Notes under the pieces: generated by a model
What the model was told of the DNA's origin: nothing
The model's database searches: none
Seen by the model: the letters and a program-made list of their open reading frames with translations, nothing else
Translations under genes and position numbers: made by a program
In this document: positions 1 to 8,232 of the stretch, piece after piece
Numbering within the stretch: the stretch's first letter is position 1
How the letters are laid out: each line of letters starts with the position of its first letter
DNA from: Pseudomonadota bacterium
GTDB lineage: Bacteria > Bdellovibrionota_G > JALEGL01 > DATDPG01
Direction of reading: 5' to 3'
DNA: 64,000 nt
Assembly: GCA_043809315.1 (NCBI GenBank)
Contig: JAZDDX010000007.1
Location: forward strand, 32,001-96,000

Positions 1-311
1 AAGTGTTCGTTTCCCCCGTCTTCAACGTTGATCGCCTGCCAGACCAGATTTCCGTTCTTCATCTCCTTACCGAAGTTCTCCTGAATCGCCTCGCGGGCGA
101 GGTTTTCCAGCTTGTGACATGTGACGCATCGTAGGGAACCGTGGAAGTAATAAACGCGGACAAAGTGTGCCTGGACAGGAATCTTGGGAGCATTCGATTG
201 CGCCGCGGTTTGGGGTAGCTCCGTCCGTTTCGGACGCTGGCCCACCAAGAAAAAGGCGATCCCCAAAACGAGCAAGACGGTCGTCTGAAAAACAATGTCT
301 TTTCGACTCAT
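1..311 (-). CDS. ArsF-like thioredoxin-fold protein with N-terminal membrane anchor (3' truncated; not in the supplied ORF track)
   Basis: Manual translation MSRKDIVFQTTVLLVLGIAFFLVG...VRVYYFHGSLRCVTCHKLENLA...; YYFHxxxRCxTC motif; ATG overlaps the upstream TGA (ATGA). Confidence 0.7.
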   Translation of the reverse strand, partial: MSRKDIVFQTTVLLVLGIAFFLVGQRPKRTELPQTAAQSNAPKIPVQAHFVRVYYFHGSLRCVTCHKLENLAREAIQENFGKEMKNGNLVWQAINVEDGGNEH

Positions 312-727
312 TCCAATTCCTTTCCGGTCAGCCGTTCTTGGCAACCGACGTCGCGCAGAACCGTCTCCATCCGCTCTACAACGGCATCGACGTGGGAGCG
401 GACCACCGGGGTTTCCCCCTTGACCATACCCAGGTTTGTCAGGCGAAGGTGGCGCACTTCGGCAAAGCCTTTTTGTTCCAGCAGGGTGCGGGCGCAATCC
501 TTCTCGCACCCGTCGATCGCCGCGATCGACTCGGCCCCTCGGGCAGCATCCAGGTACATTGGAATTCCGGCACCAATCGCCGCGAGGCAACCGAGACGAA
601 CTTTTTCATGGCGCCCCAGAGCCCGACCGGCCTGATCGGCGATCGCCCCCAGATTCGATGCTCCCGAGCATACGTACAAAAGTGTGACTGCGGTGCCTCC
701 GCACGAACAGGTCGTCCCACCAGCCAC
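308..727 (-). CDS. Putative zinc-binding DGC-domain protein
   Basis: CSGASN, GCLAAIG and AIDGCEKDCA motifs; GTG at 727 just after the upstream stop (ORF track start 760). Confidence 0.8.
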   Translation of the reverse strand: MAGGTTCSCGGTAVTLLYVCSGASNLGAIADQAGRALGRHEKVRLGCLAAIGAGIPMYLDAARGAESIAAIDGCEKDCARTLLEQKGFAEVRHLRLTNLGMVKGETPVVRSHVDAVVERMETVLRDVGCQERLTGKELE

Positions 728-729
728 GT

Positions 730-978
730 TTATTTCTTTGCCGCTGCGTTCATCAGCCATGTCACGATCTCCGATGTTTCCGGAATTCTCCCGGCCGATT
801 TCACCTCGCCGTCCACCACGAGCGCGGGCGTCATCATCACGCGGAATTTCATGATGTCAGCCATGTTCTCCAATTTTTCCAGCTCCACCGTCAACCCCGA
901 GGCCGCCACGGCTTTCTCAGTCTCCGCGTACAGCTTCTTGCACTTTGTGCATCCCGGTCCCAATACCTGGATCTTCAT
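730..978 (-). CDS. Small thioredoxin-like redox-active disulfide protein
   Basis: MKIQVLGPGCTKC...VMMTPALVVDG; GAGG RBS upstream. Confidence 0.9.
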   Translation of the reverse strand: MKIQVLGPGCTKCKKLYAETEKAVAASGLTVELEKLENMADIMKFRVMMTPALVVDGEVKSAGRIPETSEIVTWLMNAAAKK

Positions 979-986
979 CGTTCCTC

Positions 987-2441
987 CTATAAGAGAATGT
1001 TAAACACATATCCGACCACTATGATTCCCGCGCCCACGACGGCTGCGAATGTCACAATGAGCGGAACCTTCAGAACTTTACGTAAAATGATCATCTCCGG
1101 CAGCGACAGGCCGATGACCGACATCATGAATGCCAAGGCCGTGCCCAACGCCGCCCCCTTACCCAACAGCGCCTGCACCACGGGAATGATTCCGGCTGCA
1201 TTGGAATACATGGGAATGCCGATCAGGACGGCGAGCGGAACCGACCACCAGGAATCCTTGCCCATGATGGAAGCCATGAAGTCTTGCGGCACATAGCCGT
1301 GAATCCCAGCACCCACTGCAATACCGGCCAACACGTAGGGCCAGACTCTTCCGACGATCTCTTTGACGGCGTCGCGCCCGAACCTCGCGCGGTCCTCCCA
1401 AGTCACGTTGGTTTCGGCTCCAACAGAAGCTGGTTGTCCCGCGTCGTCCGTCGTCCGATAGACCCATTCCTCGACCCACTTTTCCAAGTGGAGTCTTCCG
1501 ATGACCCACCCGGCTACCATCGCAATGGCTAGGCCGGTACCGAGATAAAGTGCGGCGACCTTCCAGCCAAATAGGCCGAACAGGAGCACCAGCGCCACCT
1601 CGTTGACCATGGGAGCGGAGATCAAGAAGGAAAACGTCACCCCTAGCGGCACCCCGCTGGTCACGAAGCCGATAAAGAGCGGCACGGCGGAGCAGGAGCA
1701 GAACGGCGTCGGGATGCCTAAAATCGCAGCCAGAACATTGCCAACGGCCTCCCGTTTTCCGACCAGGATCCGGCGCGTGCGTTCCGGCGTGAAAAACGAC
1801 CGCAAAACCCCCACTCCGAACACAACCAAGGTGAGCAGCAGGACTACCTTTGGAGCCTCGAATACAAAAAACTCCACGGCAGCGGCTATGTGGCTGCCTG
1901 AAGACATGCCGAGCATCTGGTACGTGAAGAACTTTGAGAAAACCTCAAGATGTCGGTAGACCGCCCACCACACAACGACACCAAGACAAATGAGGAGTAC
2001 CTGAAGCCATCGTCGTGGTGGTTGGTCCTTAGTCGTAAGGAACGCTTCGATGCGGCGGCGTAGCTCGTCCCGTGTCTTTCGGAAAGCGTTGAGCCGATCC
2101 TCTTCCGAGCCTGTCACAGCTGCCGGATCGGGGAGCCCCCAATGGAGACGGCGGGCATTTCCCAGGAATACGGGGCACTCCTCTTCGGCGCACAGGGTGA
2201 TGACCGTATCGACCTCACCGGTGGGTACCTCCGCAACAGCTTTGGAACGATGACCCGAAATATCAATCCCGATCTCCCGCATAATGGTGATGGCTTCCGG
2301 GCGGACAGCGGTCGGCCTCGATCCAGCGGACCAGACTGGAACCGAGGAAGGCAAAATGGAACGTGCAATTCCTTCCGCCATTTGGCTCCGGGCCGAATTC
2401 GCCACGCAAAGGAAAAGGATTCGAGATTCCCGCTCAGTCAC
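987..2441 (-). CDS. Fusion of LMW-PTP-type arsenate reductase (ArsC) and ArsP/DUF318 permease
   Basis: N-terminal [12 protein letters not shown] (CX5R), [17 protein letters not shown]-terminal multi-TM region with [10 protein letters not shown] and GIPMYSNA. Confidence 0.85.
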   Translation of the reverse strand: MTERESRILFLCVANSARSQMAEGIARSILPSSVPVWSAGSRPTAVRPEAITIMREIGIDISGHRSKAVAEVPTGEVDTVITLCAEEECPVFLGNARRLHWGLPDPAAVTGSEEDRLNAFRKTRDELRRRIEAFLTTKDQPPRRWLQVLLICLGVVVWWAVYRHLEVFSKFFTYQMLGMSSGSHIAAAVEFFVFEAPKVVLLLTLVVFGVGVLRSFFTPERTRRILVGKREAVGNVLAAILGIPTPFCSCSAVPLFIGFVTSGVPLGVTFSFLISAPMVNEVALVLLFGLFGWKVAALYLGTGLAIAMVAGWVIGRLHLEKWVEEWVYRTTDDAGQPASVGAETNVTWEDRARFGRDAVKEIVGRVWPYVLAGIAVGAGIHGYVPQDFMASIMGKDSWWSVPLAVLIGIPMYSNAAGIIPVVQALLGKGAALGTALAFMMSVIGLSLPEMIILRKVLKVPLIVTFAAVVGAGIIVVGYVFNILL

Positions 2442-3528
2442 AGGTAGCGCACCTCACGGATTCGACTTTGGCCTTGTCCGACGGGAAGTAACGTGACCGG
2501 AGCCGGAGCGCGACGTTCACCAAGCCGATCAATACTGGCACTTCGACCAGGGGACCGATTACCGCCGCAAAGGCCGCCCCGTGATTGATGCCGAACGTGG
2601 CGATAGCCACAGCGATGGCCAGTTCGAAATTGTTCGATGCCGCGGTGAAGGAAAGGGTTGCCGATTGACCATACGTCGCACCCACCTTCTTGCTCATGAA
2701 GAAGGAGACGAAGAACATGACGACGAAGTAGATGAGGAGCGGGATCGCAATCCGCACCACATCGAACGGGAGTTGCACGATGTACTCCCCCTTGAGCGAG
2801 AACATCACGACGATGGTAAAGAGCAGGGCAATGAGCGTGATCGGGCTGATCTTCGGAATGAACTTTTCGTGATACCAAGTCTTGTTCTTCCACTTGATCA
2901 GCACAAAGCGCGTCGTCACCCCCGCAAGGAATGGAATCCCCAGGTAGATAAAGACGCTCTTGGCGATCTCTCCGATGGTCACATGGACCGCCACGCCCTT
3001 GAGGCCGAACCAGGTCGGCAGCACGGTGATGAATACGTAGGCGTAGACCGAAAAGAAGAGAACCTGGAAGATCGAGTTAAACGCCACCAGACCCGCGCAG
3101 TATTCGGTGTCGCCGTCCGCCAGATCATTCCAGACGATGACCATAGCAATACACCGCGCCAAGCCGATCATGATCAACCCGACCATGTACTCGGGCTTGT
3201 CATGCAAGAAGAGAACGGCGAGACCGAACATCAGAATAGGTCCTACGACCCAGTTCTGAACCAAAGAGAGTGAAAGGACTTTCACATTCTTGAAGACCGG
3301 CCCCATGTCCTCATAACGGACCTTGGCTAGCGGCGGGTACATCATAAGAATAAGGCCGATGGCAATTGGTATTGACGTGGTTCCAACACTAAGACGGTTT
3401 AGCGCCGGAACGACACCAGGAACCAAATAGCCGAGAAACACCCCGAATCCCATCGCAAGAAAGATCCAGAGCGTGAGGAAACGATCTAAGAACGAAAGTG
3501 CTGCAAAAGCTCCTGATTTCACTCTCAC
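2434..3528 (-). CDS. acr3: ACR3-family arsenite efflux transporter
   Basis: [52 protein letters not shown]. Confidence 0.95.
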   Translation of the reverse strand: MRVKSGAFAALSFLDRFLTLWIFLAMGFGVFLGYLVPGVVPALNRLSVGTTSIPIAIGLILMMYPPLAKVRYEDMGPVFKNVKVLSLSLVQNWVVGPILMFGLAVLFLHDKPEYMVGLIMIGLARCIAMVIVWNDLADGDTEYCAGLVAFNSIFQVLFFSVYAYVFITVLPTWFGLKGVAVHVTIGEIAKSVFIYLGIPFLAGVTTRFVLIKWKNKTWYHEKFIPKISPITLIALLFTIVVMFSLKGEYIVQLPFDVVRIAIPLLIYFVVMFFVSFFMSKKVGATYGQSATLSFTAASNNFELAIAVAIATFGINHGAAFAAVIGPLVEVPVLIGLVNVALRLRSRYFPSDKAKVESVRCATCD

Positions 3529-3980
3529 TTTACCCTCCCTGCATCCGCAGACTGCCTAATCGGCTTTGTCGTTCCGCTCTCAAAACAGTCAAGAACCCTG
3601 CAACAGGTTGCTGAAAGGTCTCTCGCTTCGACCGTTGCGGACAATTTTCTGAGCGAAGCCCTTATGCGTTTAAGGTCCCGGATCTTTGCTTCCACCTCAA
3701 CCAGCTTTGCATCGGCCGTTGTTTTCAAATCCCCGCAGGTTCCCCTGGGGCTTACGTTGAGTTCCAGAAGTTCCTTGATCTCCTTCAACGTGAATCCAAG
3801 CTCTTGGGCCCGCTTAACGAACTCGATTCTCCGGCTGTCATCCGGAGCATATTGCCGGTATCCGGTGCCTTTGGACGGTTTTCGGATGATCCCCTTTCGC
3901 TCGTAGAAACGGACCGTTTCCACGCCGACGCCGGATTGTTTTGCTAGATCACCAATCGTGAACTTTCGGCCCGAAGACAT
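3525..3980 (-). CDS. MerR-family metal-responsive transcriptional regulator
   Basis: [46 protein letters not shown]; Cys82, Cys126, Cys127, Cys132. Confidence 0.92.
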   Translation of the reverse strand: MSSGRKFTIGDLAKQSGVGVETVRFYERKGIIRKPSKGTGYRQYAPDDSRRIEFVKRAQELGFTLKEIKELLELNVSPRGTCGDLKTTADAKLVEVEAKIRDLKRIRASLRKLSATVEARDLSATCCRVLDCFESGTTKPIRQSADAGRVK

Positions 3981-3986
3981 GGCCGA

Positions 3987-4018
3987 ATGTTACACCCCGT
4001 ACTAAGGTACGGAGTCAA
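3987..4018 (-). promoter_or_regulatory. MerR-type promoter/operator: -35 TTGACT, dyad CCGTAC-N4-GTACGG (3997-4012), 20-bp spacer, -10 TAACAT
   Basis: Minus strand reads TTGACTCCGTACCTTAGTACGGGGTGTAACAT, closely matching the Tn501/Tn21 merT promoter. Confidence 0.85.
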
Positions 4019-4077
4019 GAGGTCAAAACAAAGACATTGGATGTATCGACAATAAAAAGTCAGTTCGATTCGATAGA

Positions 4078-4090
4078 AATCAAAGAATTG
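4078..4090 (+). promoter_or_regulatory. Putative IHF-binding site
   Basis: AATCAAAGAATTG is an exact match to WATCAANNNNTTR. Confidence 0.35.
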
Positions 4091-4102
4091 CGACCGTCAT
4101 TC

Positions 4103-4807
4103 TCACTTCCGTCGGATTCCTTTGAAAAATTCCCTTCGTCGGTGTTTTTCAGTTTCCTGAAAAGCTTCCAACGATTTGAGAAAGGTTTCGCCAAAGCGTT
4201 TCTGGAGCGCCTCGTATACGAGTTTTTCGTGGAGTGCCCCGACACTCAGATGCAATTCGTTCGCTAACTGCCGCACGAAAGAGCTGATTTCCCGGCTATG
4301 GTACCGAGCGATCCCAATCAAAGCCGGCTTCTTCGTGTAATCGAGACGCTTCGCCCTGCCCTGATTCTGCGGCTTCTTCTTACGACGTACATAGACCTCG
4401 GGAGGATTCTCCAGCTCATCAACCAATACCCTTCGAATCACTTCGGAAAGACTGACCGCGTTCTTCTTTGCAACCCCTTCCAATTGACCTTGGGTCCGTT
4501 CATTGATAACCACCCGTAAATTCACGGTCTTATTCTGATTTGACCATTGAGGAGATGGGCCCTTGGGAAGTGATTCTCCCCATCTCATCCCCGTTTCATG
4601 ATCGACCAGGGTTGCATAGATAAACTCCGTGATCGTCTCCCCATAATCCAGCGCTCTCTCACCGAGCGCATTCCGGAATTCCGGCTCCAGCCGAAGAGTC
4701 ATAAAGAGCTTCCGTATGAGCGCGGTGGATAGGCTTGGAAGGATCTGAGTCCGCCGAAGAACCAGGTAATCGGAAAAAGTTGGCTTTTCCTTGGGTGCCC
4801 CCGTCAC
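4103..4807 (-). CDS. Hypothetical DNA-binding protein with ribbon-helix-helix-like segments
   Basis: KTVNLRVVINERTQGQLEGVAKKNAVSLSEVIRRVL is CopG/RHH-like; divergent from the integrase. Confidence 0.55.
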   Translation of the reverse strand: MTGAPKEKPTFSDYLVLRRTQILPSLSTALIRKLFMTLRLEPEFRNALGERALDYGETITEFIYATLVDHETGMRWGESLPKGPSPQWSNQNKTVNLRVVINERTQGQLEGVAKKNAVSLSEVIRRVLVDELENPPEVYVRRKKKPQNQGRAKRLDYTKKPALIGIARYHSREISSFVRQLANELHLSVGALHEKLVYEALQKRFGETFLKSLEAFQETEKHRRREFFKGIRRK

Positions 4808-4899
4808 AGACCCATAAATCTAAAGGAATTCAAGGAGATGCACAATGCACAGAGTACAGACTCTTGTGGCCTTGCATTCGATCTATCGTGGCCGTATGT

Positions 4900-6141
4900 A
4901 TGACTCATAAATACATGCACCTAGTTCGACGAGAGATTGCAACTCGACCCCCGAAAGAGCGGTGGATTCGAATCCATAACCACCCAGGAATTGCCCGCCT
5001 GGAGAAGTGGAACCCTGTTTTAAAGCGATGGATCGATCCACGCCATGATGCCTACTGCCGCCTGAAGGTATTTTGCGCCTACCGGCGAATACGCGTCCTA
5101 GGCAAGAGCACACTCCAAAAGAAGCACTTCCAAACTATTCGCGAAGCCAAAGCCTGGCGGCTGGAGGCCAATCCCGAGCCGACAGCTCGCAAGGCGATCC
5201 AGGTAACGGTTGGGGACGCGATCGAAGGGTGGAGGGAGTGGTCCAAACCTCCAAGGTTTCGAAAGACTTCCTGGCTTCAATACGCCAAAGACGTTCGCCA
5301 CGCGGAGTCCCTCAAAGATGCCCCGATCGAAGGACTGACTGCACAGGATATTGACCGCTGGCTCCAGCACCTCAAAGATCCGTCATATCCCAAACAGAAG
5401 ACACGGGTGTCGTTCGAACGCGAGCTCAGCACACTTCAGACGATCTTCCGATGGTATCGGGAACGTCGAAATGAGAAGTTTCAGCACCCGATCCTGGCCC
5501 GACACAGGCAGGACTCGTACTTTCGGGATCCTCCCCTCGGGGGCATCGAGGTTCTCTCCGCCCATCAGGCGGAGGAATTCTTCGCCCGAATCTCCGCCAG
5601 ACATTCACCCGTCTTTCAGCGGACCGCGGCCCTACAACTCTTCGCCGGCTTACGAATCGGCGAGGCGTGCGGTCTTTATTGGGATTGCGTCGATTTCGAA
5701 GGAAGAACAATCACGGTTCGTCGGTCGTGCATTTGGCCCCAGCCTGCGATGAGGGCAGAGATCCAGGACACGACCAAGACCAGCTCGGTCCGAAGCATCC
5801 CGATCGTAGACCGCCTCTACGATCTTATAGTGACATGGAAAGCCGAAGACGGAGAGATGGAGATCGTCTGCCATAAGGCCGGGCGGCTGATCCGGCGGAA
5901 TACCGTGGCCGGAGCCTACGGGAAGGTGTTCCGACAGCTTGAACTTCGGGTCAAGAGCGTCACCCACATTCTCCGCCGGACGTTTGCCACCCTTCACGCC
6001 GAACAGACCCGAGACCTGGCTGCCACTCAGGCGCTCCTGGGACATACTGACATTCAGACGACGCAGATTTACGCGAAGGTAACAGATGGAGCCGTAAGAA
6101 GGTCGATGCCTGATTTCGCGTTCGGCCGGAGAAAATCCTGA
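4900..6141 (+). CDS. Tyrosine recombinase / phage-type integrase
   Basis: GLRIGE (R), TTKT (K), HILRR (HxxR), LGH, TQIY (Y); start uncertain (4900 or 4915). Confidence 0.92.
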   Translation: MTHKYMHLVRREIATRPPKERWIRIHNHPGIARLEKWNPVLKRWIDPRHDAYCRLKVFCAYRRIRVLGKSTLQKKHFQTIREAKAWRLEANPEPTARKAIQVTVGDAIEGWREWSKPPRFRKTSWLQYAKDVRHAESLKDAPIEGLTAQDIDRWLQHLKDPSYPKQKTRVSFERELSTLQTIFRWYRERRNEKFQHPILARHRQDSYFRDPPLGGIEVLSAHQAEEFFARISARHSPVFQRTAALQLFAGLRIGEACGLYWDCVDFEGRTITVRRSCIWPQPAMRAEIQDTTKTSSVRSIPIVDRLYDLIVTWKAEDGEMEIVCHKAGRLIRRNTVAGAYGKVFRQLELRVKSVTHILRRTFATLHAEQTRDLAATQALLGHTDIQTTQIYAKVTDGAVRRSMPDFAFGRRKS

Positions 6142-6164
6142 GACCTGTTACCTTTTGTTACCTT
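6076..6164. repeat. TGTTACCTT repeats: direct at 6146-6154 and 6156-6164, inverted at 6076-6084 (candidate integrase arm sites)
   Basis: Read directly from the sequence; located at the integrase end next to the tRNA att site. Confidence 0.55.
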
Positions 6165-6218
6165 AATGGTGTTTTGGGTGAGTGTGATCTGAATGTTTTC
6201 AACTGGTTAAGAATTTTT

Positions 6219-6310
6219 TGGCGGAGGAGGAGGGATTCGAACCCCCGATACGAATCTCTTCGTATGCCGGTTTTCAAGACCGGTGCCTTCAACCACTCGG
6301 CCACTCCTCC
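6219..6310 (-). tRNA. tRNA-Ser(TGA)
   Basis: GGAGGAGTGGCCGAGTGG...CCGGT-CTTGAAA-ACCGG, long variable arm, GGTTCGAATCC, encoded CCA. Confidence 0.97.
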
Positions 6311-6446
6311 GCTACCCACGGTTTTATCAGGACCACCCGAAAATGACACCTCAGCCGGACCCCGCCGAGCCGCCAGGTTCGCGGCGCCGGGGGCCGACCC
6401 CCGCCCCATTGCATTGCGTTACGAATGTGGTAAATCGACTTCTATT

Positions 6447-6947
6447 ATGACCTACTCTCGTACCCTTCTCGTGATTGCGATTCTCTCGATGGCCGGAACC
6501 GCGGCTGCCGCGGATTGCTCGTACCGGCTCCGCGCCGCCCCCGAAAAATTCTGGAGCCTCGATAACCGGAAGCACGACGCGCCGAACGATGCGCCTTGGA
6601 AGACCGAGAAGGACACGGGGCTTCTCGGCTGCATGAAGCTCGCTGCCGTAGATTACGCGGATAAACTCGGAACGAAGAAAGGCGATCTCACGATCGGCGC
6701 CATCGACTTCAAATGGGAGGGGGACAACGTCACTTGGACCGGCTGGATTCTCAAGAACACGGAGGGGCGGAGCAAGGCCGTGAAACCGTGTCTGACTACC
6801 GAGTTGCAGGGGATCCTCGACACCCTCTTCCAGTACTCCGAACAGACCGGCTACAGTGGGCTCGACTGCGCGGACTGGCTCAGCTGGGTTCAGACTTACA
6901 GCGGCATCGGCGACGTTCTGATCGAAATTACCGCCAAGCCGAAATAG
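6447..6947 (+). CDS. Hypothetical secreted protein
   Basis: Signal peptide MTYSRTLLVIAILSMAGTAAA; four Cys; GC3-biased codons. Confidence 0.65.
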   Translation: MTYSRTLLVIAILSMAGTAAAADCSYRLRAAPEKFWSLDNRKHDAPNDAPWKTEKDTGLLGCMKLAAVDYADKLGTKKGDLTIGAIDFKWEGDNVTWTGWILKNTEGRSKAVKPCLTTELQGILDTLFQYSEQTGYSGLDCADWLSWVQTYSGIGDVLIEITAKPK

Positions 6948-6951
6948 ACGC

Positions 6952-8232
<1,281 letters not shown>

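Larger units (their letters stand above)
1..6218. mobile_element. Right end of a tRNA-Ser-integrated genomic island carrying an arsenic-resistance operon (left boundary outside window)
   Basis: Tyrosine integrase ends 78 bp from the tRNA-Ser 3' end; resistance cargo; visibly more AT-rich than the core region, especially ~3200-5000. Confidence 0.8.

Noticed and set aside
110-135. CVTCH as a heme-c site in ORF 1-311
   Set aside because: It lies in the YYFHxxxRCxTC thioredoxin-fold motif; a redox CxxC is the simpler explanation
6158-6446. ORFs overlapping tRNA-Ser (6158-6409 and the N-terminal extension 6174-6446)
   Set aside because: Explained by the tRNA gene; the signal peptide indicates a start at 6447
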